Shown here piece by piece: positions 11,571-21,247 of a DNA stretch of 64,000 nucleotides (the stretch's first letter is position 1; each line of letters begins with the position of its first letter). Origin of the DNA: Patescibacteria group bacterium (GTDB lineage: Bacteria; Patescibacteriota; Minisyncoccia; Phycocordibacterales; JACOZG01); assembly GCA_038064435.1 (NCBI GenBank), contig JBBTTC010000004.1, positions 3,615 to 67,614 on the forward strand. Direction: 5' to 3'. A program made the position numbers and the translations under genes. The notes beneath the pieces were generated by a model. The model was given only the letters and a program-made list of their open reading frames with translations. It had not been told where the DNA came from and did not search any database.

Positions 11571-12047
11571 TTAGGAACAGGAAGCAGCCGCAGCGCCACC
11601 TCCAATGGCCGCACCGGCTTTGGCTACACCAGCACTATTAACACACCATGATGTCGTATCTGGTAGGGTAGCCGAGACGGCCCAAGATGATGCCGCCGTT
11701 CCACCAGCAGCAGCCGTAAGATCACTGGATACACACTGAGCATCAGCATTAGCGTACGCGCCCTCTACGGCCACAATAGCTTGATTGATGTTGGTGTCAG
11801 CAAACAGAGTACTTGCTGTCGCCGCGCAATCGCCCAAATCGAAATCGGTGCCATAGCTTGTATTGTTGTCATAAAAAATCTCGGCTGAAGTCCTGATGCC
11901 AGCCATGTTTCCCTTAATAGCCCCGATGGTGCCTTTCTGGCGTGCTGTGTTCAAACTAGCCAGCACAATACCCGACAGGATGCCGATGATAGCAATAACG
12001 ACCAGAAGCTCGATGAGGGTAAAACCTCGTTTATAATTCTTACTCAT
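11571..12047 (-). CDS. pilA: Major type IV pilin
   Basis: KRG|FTLIELLVVIAIIGILSGIV; four Cys in the head domain; has its own terminator. Confidence 0.9.
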   Translation of the reverse strand: MSKNYKRGFTLIELLVVIAIIGILSGIVLASLNTARQKGTIGAIKGNMAGIRTSAEIFYDNNTSYGTDFDLGDCAATASTLFADTNINQAIVAVEGAYANADAQCVSSDLTAAAGGTAASSWAVSATLPDTTSWCVNSAGVAKAGAAIGGGAAAASCS

Positions 12048-12153
12048 TATTTTCTTGAAAAACTTACTATTATCTACGACCAAATTGTTAATAAATGACG
12101 GCGTTCATTATAAACCCCCGCCCCAAACTGGCCAAGCGACCTGTGGATAACCA

Positions 12154-13359
12154 CTAGATGCCGGAAGCCAAATTGTAGATCGGCATGAGCACCGAGGTGA
12201 GCAACACGCCCACCATGAGGCCCAGAACCACGATCATGGCCGGCTCGATAAGGTCCACCAAGGTGCGGATCTCCTGTTCCACTTCGCGCCGGTAAAAACG
12301 CGACAGAGTGGAAAGTACGAAGCTCAATTTGCCCGATTCTTCGCCCACTTTGATCATCTGGATCATGATGTTAGGAATCTCGTGATATTTGTAGAAAATG
12401 GCTGACATTTGCCCGCCACCCTTGATCGTCTCGCTAGCCTCTTTAAGAATCTCGCGATAAATTTCACTGCCCACCACTTCGGAAGTAATTTCCAGCGCCC
12501 GCACCATGGAGATGCCGCTGGAAAGCATGGTACTCAAATTATCGGCCATGCGTGAGAGATAAATTTTTTGATACAGGCGGCCGACGTAGGGCACGGTGAG
12601 CTTAAAGCGGGCCAAGCTAGACCGACCGCCACCCGTACGCAAGTAACGCTGAAAGAAAAAGGTTAAAATGCCCAGCACGATCAAAAGCGGCGCCCAGTAA
12701 TTAATAAAGAAGTCGCTAACGCCGATGACGATGCGCGTGTAGATTGGTAGAGTCTGCCCCGTCTCGAGCAAAATGACACTCAACTTGGGAATAACTAAAG
12801 TGATCATCAAGATCATCACCACAATAAAGGAAACGATGACAAATAGCGGGTAAATTAGGGCGTTTTTAGCCTTGGACGTGAGTTCGAAAGCCCGCTCTAA
12901 GTAATCGGCCAAATAGGTAAAGTTATCCGACATTTTGCCCGACTCTTCACCAGCCTGAACCATGTGAACATAAAAATCAGAAAAAACTTTGGGGTGCTTG
13001 AGCAGGGCGCCGGAGATGGGCACGCCGCTCTTGATGTCGTCGGTGATCTCGGTGAGAACGTGGCGAAAGTAAGGATTGTCGGTCTCGGCGGCCAGCATGC
13101 GAAAGGTGGCCAAAGCCGAGACCTTGGCCTCAAACATGGTGGCGATCTGCCGCGACACCAAAACAATATCTTTATTTTTTACCTTGTGGCCAAGATGAAA
13201 GTGTTGACCGAGAAAACCAGTTTCGTCTTCAGCGTTAATGTCCACAATCACCAAGCCGCGCGTTTGCAGTGAGGTGATGGCGATGTTGACGTTAGGCGCG
13301 TCAATCGAGCCAGATTGCTGTTTCCCCTCTTTATCAACCGCCTGATAATTAAAAATCAT
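12154..13359 (-). CDS. pilC: Type IV pilus platform protein (GspF family)
   Basis: Two T2SSF repeats (AGEESG, VGEESG), ALIYP, LIEP. Confidence 0.95.
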   Translation of the reverse strand: MIFNYQAVDKEGKQQSGSIDAPNVNIAITSLQTRGLVIVDINAEDETGFLGQHFHLGHKVKNKDIVLVSRQIATMFEAKVSALATFRMLAAETDNPYFRHVLTEITDDIKSGVPISGALLKHPKVFSDFYVHMVQAGEESGKMSDNFTYLADYLERAFELTSKAKNALIYPLFVIVSFIVVMILMITLVIPKLSVILLETGQTLPIYTRIVIGVSDFFINYWAPLLIVLGILTFFFQRYLRTGGGRSSLARFKLTVPYVGRLYQKIYLSRMADNLSTMLSSGISMVRALEITSEVVGSEIYREILKEASETIKGGGQMSAIFYKYHEIPNIMIQMIKVGEESGKLSFVLSTLSRFYRREVEQEIRTLVDLIEPAMIVVLGLMVGVLLTSVLMPIYNLASGI

Positions 13360-14420
13360 AGCAGGCGATCCAAACTCTTGGGATTAAGCGAGTAGCGGTA
13401 GGCCACTTCGGCCGAGATCTGACTGCTACGCACCAGCTCGGACAAAGAATGATTGAGATCGATCATGCCTTGGTCGGAGCCGGTTTCGATCACCACATCA
13501 ATTTCCGGCGTGCGGCCCTCACGGATCAAGTTGGAAACAGCGTTGTTGTTAACCAAAAGCTCGTAGGCCGGTATTAGGCCGCCAGCGAGACGCGGCACTA
13601 GGCGCTGGGAGAAAATGCCGAGCAAACTGCCGGCTAGCTGAACGCGAATCTGGCGCTGTTGGTTGGGCGGGAAAGAGTCAATGATGCGGTCGATGGTTTG
13701 CGAGGCGCTATTGGTATGCAAGGTAGAAAAAATCAAGTGGCCGGTCTCGGCGGCGGTGACGGCGGTGGCGATGGTGTCGGGCTCGCGCATCTCGCCAATC
13801 ATGGCCACATTCACGTCTTGACGAAACATGGCGCGGAGGGCGGAATGGAAGTCGGCGGTATCAAACTTAACCTCGCGCTGATCAATAATGGAGCGATCGT
13901 TTTGAAAAATGTATTCCACTGGATCTTCGATCGTTACAATATGCTCGGCCCGCTCGGTGTTGATGAGTTGAATCATGGAAGCCAAGGTAGTGGACTTGCC
14001 CTGCCCAACCGGGCCGACTAAAAGGAAAAAGCCCTGCTCGCGACGCGTAAATTCCGTCAAGCGATCGGGCAAATTGAGTTCGGAAATTGATTTGATTTTG
14101 TTGGGAATAAGACGAAAAGAAGCGCCCACCACGCCCTTTTGGTAAAAAGCGTTGCCGCGAAAGCGTAAACCGCCAGCCACGCTGTAAGAAAAGTCGATGT
14201 CTTTCTTTTTGAGAAAGACTTCTCGATTGCCCTCGCTTAACGCCTCGGTAATTAAACCAATGGTGTCGGCCGGGGTGAGCTCGGGTTTTTTTACAATCGG
14301 AATTAAATCGCCCGAGACCCGAATAGTGGGATGGCGACCAACCGTTAAGTGCAGATCAGAGGCACCCTCGCGCGCCACGATCACCACCAAATCTTCTAAC
14401 TCTTTTTTGTAGTCGGTCAT
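13356..14420 (-). CDS. pilT: Pilus retraction ATPase
   Basis: GPVGQGKSTT, TIEDPVE, AAETGHL, TLHT. Confidence 0.95.
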   Translation of the reverse strand: MTDYKKELEDLVVIVAREGASDLHLTVGRHPTIRVSGDLIPIVKKPELTPADTIGLITEALSEGNREVFLKKKDIDFSYSVAGGLRFRGNAFYQKGVVGASFRLIPNKIKSISELNLPDRLTEFTRREQGFFLLVGPVGQGKSTTLASMIQLINTERAEHIVTIEDPVEYIFQNDRSIIDQREVKFDTADFHSALRAMFRQDVNVAMIGEMREPDTIATAVTAAETGHLIFSTLHTNSASQTIDRIIDSFPPNQQRQIRVQLAGSLLGIFSQRLVPRLAGGLIPAYELLVNNNAVSNLIREGRTPEIDVVIETGSDQGMIDLNHSLSELVRSSQISAEVAYRYSLNPKSLDRLL

Positions 14421-14836
14421 GATTTAAAAGCTGGCGGTACGGCTCGACCTAATTTTAACTGCTTCTGACCGGCAATCTCTTTGACCTTGGCCACCACCTC
14501 GGACGGCGTGGAGCTGGCCTTAACGATGTAACCGTCCACACCAAGGGTTAACGCTCGTTCAATATCATCCTTCTGTCCCAAATTGGAGAGAACGATGACC
14601 GTGGCGCGTCCCGTTACACCTTTATTGGCCAATTCTTGAATAAGTTGGAAGCCGTCCATGCCGGGCATGATGATGTCGATAAGGCAAATATCGGGCTGGA
14701 GACTGCCCGACACCTTCTCCAACGCTTCAGCGCCACTCATAGCCGACTCGATCGAGTAACCCAACTCCGAAAATTTGAGTGAGTACATATCGATCAAAAA
14801 CTTATCATCATCCACCAGCAAGATTTTTTCAGCCAT
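14417..14836 (-). CDS. Single-domain response regulator
   Basis: LLVDDD, DIIMPGMDG and YIVK receiver motifs. Confidence 0.92.
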   Translation of the reverse strand: MAEKILLVDDDKFLIDMYSLKFSELGYSIESAMSGAEALEKVSGSLQPDICLIDIIMPGMDGFQLIQELANKGVTGRATVIVLSNLGQKDDIERALTLGVDGYIVKASSTPSEVVAKVKEIAGQKQLKLGRAVPPAFKS

Positions 14837-14851
14837 ACTTATATAATTATA

Positions 14852-16423
14852 TTACAGCTTACTCACCTCTTCAAATGGGATCTGCCCGGCAAAAGCCTTG
14901 ATTAGGGCATCCTCCCGCATGGTCAAAAAACCGTTGTGCCGAGCGGCTTTGTGGATGTCTTCTTCGGTGGGTTTAGTAAGCATCATATTTTCCACCTCGG
15001 GCGTGATACGCAAAACCTCAAACGCAGCAATACGGCCGCGCGTACCGCCCGGGCAGGTGGGTGAACGACTGGCGCGATAAACTTGGGCCGGCGGCTGGAG
15101 GCGCCCCTGCGCCTCCTTGGGAACCTCGGCCAAAATACTCTCAACCATGGCCTTAACACCACCCTCCACCGGCACTGCTTCTTTGGAATCGGCACACAAG
15201 AGCGGCACCAAACGTTGACCAATGGCCAGCACCAAGGTGGCAGCAATTAAGTATGGCTCGACACCCATGTCGACCAAACGCGGGATCACGCCGGCGGCAC
15301 TGTTGGTGTGCAAAGTGGCCAACACTAGGTGGCCGGTGAGTGAGGCCTGCACGGCCAAACGCGCCGTTTCTTCGTCGCGAATTTCGCCAACCATGATGAT
15401 GTCGGGGTCTTGACGCAAAATCGAGCGCAAACCGTTGGCAAAAGTATATTCAATCTCGGGCCGAACCTGGGATTGATTAACACCAGCAATGTTGTACTCA
15501 ATTGGATCTTCCAAACTAACAGCATTGTTTTTCTCTTTATCCAGCTCGTGAAGCATGGCATAGAGCGTGGTCGTTTTACCCGAGCCCGTTGGACCAGTGA
15601 CCAAAACTAAACCGTAGGGACGCTTAAGAATCTCGCGGATCACCACTAAATTCTCGTCACTCAAGCCGAGACCCGACATGTTGATAATATTTTTCTCCGG
15701 ATCAAGAATACGGATCACCACCTTCTCGCCAAAGTATGTTGGCAAGGTAGAAACACGGAAATCGATCTTGCGATTATCGATCCGGGCCGAGAAACGTCCG
15801 TCTTGTGGTTTGCGTCGCTCATCCAGTTTCATATTGGTCAAAATTTTGATGCGAGCCACCACCGCCTCATGCACCGAGGTAGGCAAAAACAAACTAGTAA
15901 ATAAAGCCCCATCGACACGAAAACGCACCTTAATATTGTCGGTCGACGGCTCAATGTGGATGTCGGAAGCATTGCCAGAAACAGCGTGTTGTAAAATCAC
16001 GGCCACAATTTTGGTTACCGGCGCCTCTTCCACAATCGTGGAACCAGTTTTAGCCGAGGTGATCTCACTCTTCAGCGCCGTCTCTGATTCTTCAGCCTTG
16101 ATTTCAGCATCCAGATCGCCCAAAGCCTTTGAAACCTGAGTCGTTAATGCCTCATAGCTGTTGATAACACGATTAAAATCGGCTTCAGAAATTAGAAAAA
16201 CCTTAAAAGGTAGCCCGAGACGCGAAGTGATAAACTGCAGAGCGTCACGAGCTTCAATATTGGTAGGCTCCGTCATGCCCACTTCGAGCACACCGTCGGC
16301 CAAACCGATCGGCACAAAACGATAGTAAGCCGCCGAACTACGGGAAATGTACTTTAAAACCTCGGGCGAGATACGCTCGTCCTCACCCAACTGACGACTT
16401 GGTACCTTAAGATCGCTATCCAT
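14852..16423 (-). CDS. pilB: Pilus assembly ATPase (GspE/PilB)
   Basis: ASDIHIEP, GPTGSGKTTTLY, LRQDPDIIMVGEIRD. Confidence 0.95.
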   Translation of the reverse strand: MDSDLKVPSRQLGEDERISPEVLKYISRSSAAYYRFVPIGLADGVLEVGMTEPTNIEARDALQFITSRLGLPFKVFLISEADFNRVINSYEALTTQVSKALGDLDAEIKAEESETALKSEITSAKTGSTIVEEAPVTKIVAVILQHAVSGNASDIHIEPSTDNIKVRFRVDGALFTSLFLPTSVHEAVVARIKILTNMKLDERRKPQDGRFSARIDNRKIDFRVSTLPTYFGEKVVIRILDPEKNIINMSGLGLSDENLVVIREILKRPYGLVLVTGPTGSGKTTTLYAMLHELDKEKNNAVSLEDPIEYNIAGVNQSQVRPEIEYTFANGLRSILRQDPDIIMVGEIRDEETARLAVQASLTGHLVLATLHTNSAAGVIPRLVDMGVEPYLIAATLVLAIGQRLVPLLCADSKEAVPVEGGVKAMVESILAEVPKEAQGRLQPPAQVYRASRSPTCPGGTRGRIAAFEVLRITPEVENMMLTKPTEEDIHKAARHNGFLTMREDALIKAFAGQIPFEEVSKL

Positions 16424-16818
16424 TAGCGACGATTAGTAGTTGAAGCCGAGCTGCCCGATGTACTAGCCACCGCGGCGGCCTCAACACCGATGGGCAAGAA
16501 AGGATTGGGTCGACCCTTGGGCTGACGCTGAAGAACAACGCTGTGATCTTGGAGTCCGCGCAAAAACAGGGGGGAAGTTAAAAATTCGTCAGTCAGGTTA
16601 ATTCTCTGCATGGCGGCAATGAGACGTAAAAATTGATCATTGGCTTGGGCGGTGTCGGTGAGACCGCCTTCGAGAAAACCGGCCGGCCGCAAACCATCTG
16701 GCTCGGGCGGAGTGGCCTCACCAAACAACCACCAATAACCAGCAAAAATCGCTACCGCCACAAGACCAAAAACTATCACCGCCAAAATTGGTTTTTTTGT
16801 CATCATGTTTTTAGCCAA
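16423..16818 (-). CDS. Hypothetical pilus-locus membrane protein (PilP position)
   Basis: N-terminal TM, GRPNPF motif, lies between pilO and pilB. Confidence 0.65.
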   Translation of the reverse strand: MAKNMMTKKPILAVIVFGLVAVAIFAGYWWLFGEATPPEPDGLRPAGFLEGGLTDTAQANDQFLRLIAAMQRINLTDEFLTSPLFLRGLQDHSVVLQRQPKGRPNPFLPIGVEAAAVASTSGSSASTTNRR

Positions 16819-17345
16819 TAAGTTTGCAGTTCAACATTGTAAGTTGACGGGCTTTCGTTGGCCGCCGTAAAACCGAGGCTCACCACATCAACCACGCGCA
16901 AGCTGTTGGCCAACTCATTGAGTAGTATCTTAAGCTGATCGTAAGAAGCCGTCACAGCAAAGCTTACGCCGAGCGGCTCGGGCACGGTCACCGTCCGCTC
17001 ATCCGCCACAGCGGACTCCTGCTCGCTAGTGCGAACCGAAATATTTTTAACCACCAAACCAAGGCCACGAGCGATGCTATTGATTTCAATAATTAAACGA
17101 ACGTTGTCGATATGGTCGGGTAAAAGCTTTTTGAGACGAGTTTTTTGGTCTGATGAAATATTGTTATAGTCAGCCAAGAGCGCATCGTAAATTTCTCGCG
17201 ACTGCTTGGCCGTGTCTAAAACTTCCTGCAATTCGTCACGACGAAGCTTAAGGGTGTTAACCTCTTGCATCCATGGATCGGTAAGATAGAAAAAACCGGC
17301 AATCGCCCCGCCAATTAGCAACAATGGTAAAAACAATCTAATCAT
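16803..17345 (-). CDS. pilO: PilO-like protein
   Basis: TM plus coiled coil and LLP motif; operon position. Confidence 0.75.
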   Translation of the reverse strand: MIRLFLPLLLIGGAIAGFFYLTDPWMQEVNTLKLRRDELQEVLDTAKQSREIYDALLADYNNISSDQKTRLKKLLPDHIDNVRLIIEINSIARGLGLVVKNISVRTSEQESAVADERTVTVPEPLGVSFAVTASYDQLKILLNELANSLRVVDVVSLGFTAANESPSTYNVELQTYWLKT

Positions 17346-17974
17346 GGTGTGGAATTATCGAGATAACGTTGGTAGGAAACGAGTTCCGGCGCCAGATCAA
17401 GCGTGAGCTTAAAACCGACTCGACCATTGTCACCCAAAACAAGGTCGGAGAAAACGAATTTGCTGATCTCCCGACCGGCCTCAGCGCCCAGCTCATCCGA
17501 CTGCAAAGCAATACTCTCGTAACCGGCCGCTTTGCCACTTAAAACCACTTGCCCCTCACGATAATTAAAATTATCGTAACTAATAGTCTTTAACGTTTGA
17601 GCTTCAAGTAAATCGAAAACTGGCAAAAGGGTTAGGTGCCCGCCAATCACACTCTTCGCCCCCTGCAACCGATCATAAAAAGACTGGATGTCGGCAATTA
17701 ATTGTTGATCAAGCTCCTGCCGCTGACGTTCTAACTTGGCCTCCAAACCACAATTGATCGTGGTTGAGTCAAGACTAGTTTCGCAAGGACGCTTTATTTC
17801 ACTAGTTAAATAGGAGCGAAAAGCGTAAACACCACCAGCAAACAAAAAACTTACCACAAACACTAACGTGCTTAAAATCATAAACAGACTACGTGGTTCA
17901 TGCCGGCGACTTGGGCCAGTGGCCAAAACCTGTTTGGGTATAAACGAAGTGTTGTCGTGATTATCCATAGCCAA
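17342..17974 (-). CDS. pilN: PilN-like protein
   Basis: TSFIPK N-terminus, TM, LSGKA; directly downstream of pilM. Confidence 0.7.
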   Translation of the reverse strand: MAMDNHDNTSFIPKQVLATGPSRRHEPRSLFMILSTLVFVVSFLFAGGVYAFRSYLTSEIKRPCETSLDSTTINCGLEAKLERQRQELDQQLIADIQSFYDRLQGAKSVIGGHLTLLPVFDLLEAQTLKTISYDNFNYREGQVVLSGKAAGYESIALQSDELGAEAGREISKFVFSDLVLGDNGRVGFKLTLDLAPELVSYQRYLDNSTP

Positions 17975-19078
17975 TTATCTTAATTCAGCCAATTGCCGAA
18001 GGGCCAAGCCAGTGGCCACGGCAAAGCCGGGGCCGGTGGATGCCAGAGCTTTTTCCAAAAAGGCCGGGGCCTGGGTTTTGGCAAAAGGGTTGCCCAACTC
18101 CACCGGCGCAGCAAAACTTTTGGCCGCCATCTCGAGCAAACCCTTAAGTAGGGCGCCACCGCCCAACAAAACTATTTTACTCACGGCTCGTTTTTGCTGT
18201 TCTTGATAAAGCATTAAAACTTTATTGGTTTCAGAAAATATATACTCGACGATAGTGTTGACCGTGCTGGAAATGTCACCGCCCTCCAGATGTTCCACCA
18301 GCCCCACTCGCCGCTTGATCTCCTCAGCCTTAGCAAAATCAACTCCGAGGGCCCGAGCGATGCTAAGGGTAATATCCTGCGCTCCCTTACCAATAGTGTG
18401 CGACAGTCGAACAATGCCATAATCCACTACCGTTACCTTGCTGGTGGAGGCACCGATGTCTAAAATAACGGTGACCGTCATTTCGCCAGAAAAGACCGCT
18501 CGCAGGGCACTGAAGGTCTCGATTTCAAAAAACGCTGGCGTTAATCCCTTGGCCTGACTGATGTCGCGATATTGGCTAATCGTCTCTTGGTGAATGGCGG
18601 CGACTAACACCTGCGTCTTTTTTTCTCCACCTTCACTCCTCACGGCCGGTGGCGGAATCACCCACCAATCTAACTCCACTTCCGAGATCGGCACCGGCAC
18701 ATACTTCCGCGCCTCAATCGGAATCACCTTAGTGAGAGTGGCGGCCGGAATATTGCCCGGCAAGGTAACCATAACCAACAAACTAGAGCGCAAGGGTATG
18801 GCCAAGGCGCAACTAGCGGCCGTGACGCTGGCTTCAGTAAAAAGGTCGGTTAATAGTTGGGCCGTCTTCTCATTATTAAGACGTGCCACCTGACTTACGG
18901 CCAGATCGGCATAGGGACCGATCGCCAGTTCACCATAAGTTTCTAACACGGCCTGACCTTTGTCCTTTTTTAGTTGAACCACCTTGACCGACGACGAGCC
19001 AATATCAATACCCACCACTTGGGTTGATTTTTTTTGCCAAAGACCAAAACTAAAAAACTTTTCTAGCGGCCTCACCAT
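17975..19078 (-). CDS. pilM: Pilus assembly protein PilM
   Basis: GIDIGSSSVKVV, LDIGAS and LLGGGA actin-like motifs. Confidence 0.93.
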   Translation of the reverse strand: MVRPLEKFFSFGLWQKKSTQVVGIDIGSSSVKVVQLKKDKGQAVLETYGELAIGPYADLAVSQVARLNNEKTAQLLTDLFTEASVTAASCALAIPLRSSLLVMVTLPGNIPAATLTKVIPIEARKYVPVPISEVELDWWVIPPPAVRSEGGEKKTQVLVAAIHQETISQYRDISQAKGLTPAFFEIETFSALRAVFSGEMTVTVILDIGASTSKVTVVDYGIVRLSHTIGKGAQDITLSIARALGVDFAKAEEIKRRVGLVEHLEGGDISSTVNTIVEYIFSETNKVLMLYQEQQKRAVSKIVLLGGGALLKGLLEMAAKSFAAPVELGNPFAKTQAPAFLEKALASTGPGFAVATGLALRQLAELR

Positions 19079-19125
19079 AACATTATGATAACATACTTAA
19101 TGCTATGGATTGATAGAATTGTAGC

Positions 19126-19788
19126 ATGTGGTTGAGCATGTTTATCCACAGTTTACTAAATTTAATTTTACCGGCTCGATGTTTTGGTTGTGGTTCTGGT
19201 GGTGACTATCTCTGCACGGCCTGTTTGCAAGCCGCACCAACGGCCGAGATTGACGACACTGGCGTTGAAGCACTGTTTGATTATCGACATCCACCTATCC
19301 AGCGCGCCATTTGGGCCTTAAAATACCGCCACGCTAGTTCGATTGCCGATATTTTTGCCGGCGCGCTTGGGGCACGATTACTGGATGAAGTGGCCGACGA
19401 GCGTTGGGTCCGGCCGGGTCGCGGCACGCCGGTGATCATTACCGGCGTGCCGCTCTGGCCAGCGCGTGAGCGCTGGCGCGGCTTTAATCAAGCCGCCGCC
19501 CTAGCCAAAAGTGTAGCCAAAAAATCACCGTTTCCGCTCGAATTCCGCTCTGACATTCTGATTAAAATTAAAAATACTCCGCCGCAGGTTTCGCTCAACA
19601 GCCGAGCGACCCGACAAAAAAATGTCCGCGGCGCTTTTGCCGCTGGGCGGCCGGCGGCGGTTGCCGGCCGCGATATCATCGTCCTCGACGACGTCACCAC
19701 CACCGGCGCCACCCTCACTGAGGCGGGCCGAGCGCTCGGCGCGGTCGGCGTTGGTTCCGTCTTCACCATCGCCGTAGCTCGCGGGTAA
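19126..19788 (+). CDS. comF: ComF family phosphoribosyltransferase-like competence protein
   Basis: CxxC...CxxC, RGFNQ, LDDVTTTGATL. Confidence 0.92.
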   Translation: MWLSMFIHSLLNLILPARCFGCGSGGDYLCTACLQAAPTAEIDDTGVEALFDYRHPPIQRAIWALKYRHASSIADIFAGALGARLLDEVADERWVRPGRGTPVIITGVPLWPARERWRGFNQAAALAKSVAKKSPFPLEFRSDILIKIKNTPPQVSLNSRATRQKNVRGAFAAGRPAAVAGRDIIVLDDVTTTGATLTEAGRALGAVGVGSVFTIAVARG

Positions 19789-19832
19789 AAAATGTGTTAG
19801 GTTGATGATCGTTACAGAGATAATTGAGCAAT

Positions 19833-19919
19833 GGAGAGTTGGCTGAGTGGTCGAAAGCGCCTCACTGCTAACGAGGTAGGGGGTTACTCCCCTCGTGGGT
19901 TCGAATCCCACACTCTCCG
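19833..19919 (+). tRNA. tRNA-Ser(GCT)
   Basis: GGAGAGT/ACTCTCC acceptor, anticodon loop CTGCTAA, long variable arm, GGTTCGAATCC. Confidence 0.95.
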
Positions 19920-20083
19920 AACGCAGTCCGCGGCGGCGGACAAGTGAGGAGAGTGAGCGAGCCAACTGCTTGGCTCGCGTTGGGATTCGAACGGCGGAGT
20001 GCTCGATTTTTATCAAAAAATCGGCACGAGCCGGTGCCCAGACCGATCCGCCTTGGGCGGAGAGAGTCGCGGGCGAATCCTAC
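19920..20083. repeat. tRNA-trailing structured element, copy 1
   Basis: Split antisense copy of the tRNA 3' end plus shared motifs with 39323-39480. Confidence 0.75.
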
Positions 20084-20111
20084 GCATTTCGCGTCAATTA
20101 AAATACACGCC

Positions 20112-20732
20112 ATGGCAAATCAAATAACACACATAGTTTTGGCAGAGAGAATATCGGATCAACTTTTTAAAAAATTTACTCGACATACATTTCTTGTGGG
20201 GACGGTTTTTCCTGATATTCGATACCTAAAAGTAATCGAGCGCGATAAAACTCATTTTAAAGGATTAACTTTGGAGGATATTTTGAACGAAACCAGTCCT
20301 TTCGTTGCTGGTATGAAATATCACAGTTTGGTCGACGAAGTTCGGGAAAAATACGTGATCGAAAAGAACATTTACCAATTTTTTCCTGCCTCGAAATTTA
20401 TCAAGCACGCCCTTAAAACCTACGAGGATGAGATCTTATACAATAAAGTTTCTGACTGGAGCGAAATCGTAAAATATTTTGACATCATTGCCGACGGAGA
20501 AATAAAACTTGTCGAGCAGTCTGACAAGCTTAAATTGTGGCATTCGGTAATTCAAGAATATTTTAAGGAATCGCCAACCGACAATTCTCGCCGGGGCTTT
20601 GTTCTTGGGATTGGATTTTCTGATGAAATTGCGAGTGAAATAAATGGACTGATTGATAAAATGCGACAAATTCCGGAGGTTCGTGAAATCATCTTAGATT
20701 TATATAATAATTGGGATTCACTCGTACAATGA
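20112..20732 (+). CDS. Hypothetical protein, possibly Zn-dependent phospholipase C-like fold
   Basis: ITH...GTVFPDIRY...TH...GMKYHSLVD pattern; start moved to ATG 20112. Confidence 0.6.
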   Translation: MANQITHIVLAERISDQLFKKFTRHTFLVGTVFPDIRYLKVIERDKTHFKGLTLEDILNETSPFVAGMKYHSLVDEVREKYVIEKNIYQFFPASKFIKHALKTYEDEILYNKVSDWSEIVKYFDIIADGEIKLVEQSDKLKLWHSVIQEYFKESPTDNSRRGFVLGIGFSDEIASEINGLIDKMRQIPEVREIILDLYNNWDSLVQ

Positions 20733-20757
20733 CCAAATCAAATATATACTGCTTGAT

Positions 20758-20994
20758 ATGAATATAGTGACCGGAAAATATCGCCACTACAAGGGCAAGG
20801 AATATGAAGTGGTTGGCGTGGCTAAACACAGCGAAACTCTGGAAGAGCTCGTGGTCTACCGAGCTTTGTATGGCAATCACGATCTGTGGGTCAGGCCGAC
20901 TAAGATGTTTCTGGAATCAGTCGAGGTTGATGGAAAATTGATTCTGCGCTTCCAGTTTGTGGAAAATCGATCTTTCCTCGGCGCACACCAATAA
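20758..20994 (+). CDS. DUF1653 domain protein
   Basis: GKYRHYKG...AKHSETLEELVVYRALYG...WVRP..MF. Confidence 0.9.
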   Translation: MNIVTGKYRHYKGKEYEVVGVAKHSETLEELVVYRALYGNHDLWVRPTKMFLESVEVDGKLILRFQFVENRSFLGAHQ

Positions 20995-21001
20995 AAAAAC
21001 C

Positions 21002-21196
21002 ATGAAAACTCTAAAATGCGACCGATGCGAGCACGAAGAGACGGCAGAAACATTTGAAGAATGGATGAATAAACTCAAGCCGCACTACTTCAAAGACCAT
21101 GCTGATGTGATGAAAGACTCAAGCAAAACCAAAGAAGACATGGAAAAATGGATGACCGAAAACAAGGCGAGATTTGATTCTGTCCCAACATCTTGA
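21002..21196 (+). CDS. Small CxxC/His protein (DUF1059-like)
   Basis: MKTLKCDRC...HYFKDH. Confidence 0.6.
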   Translation: MKTLKCDRCEHEETAETFEEWMNKLKPHYFKDHADVMKDSSKTKEDMEKWMTENKARFDSVPTS

Positions 21197-21247
21197 ATTT
21201 TCGGACTGGAAACGGTGCTGGCGCGCCTTCACTAAACGACATTTAAC

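Noticed and set aside
19525-20113. ORFs 19525-20016, 19868-20113, 19895-20101 and the N-terminal extension from 19944
   Set aside because: They overlap tRNA-Ser and the GC-rich structured trailer, so they are likely spurious translations.
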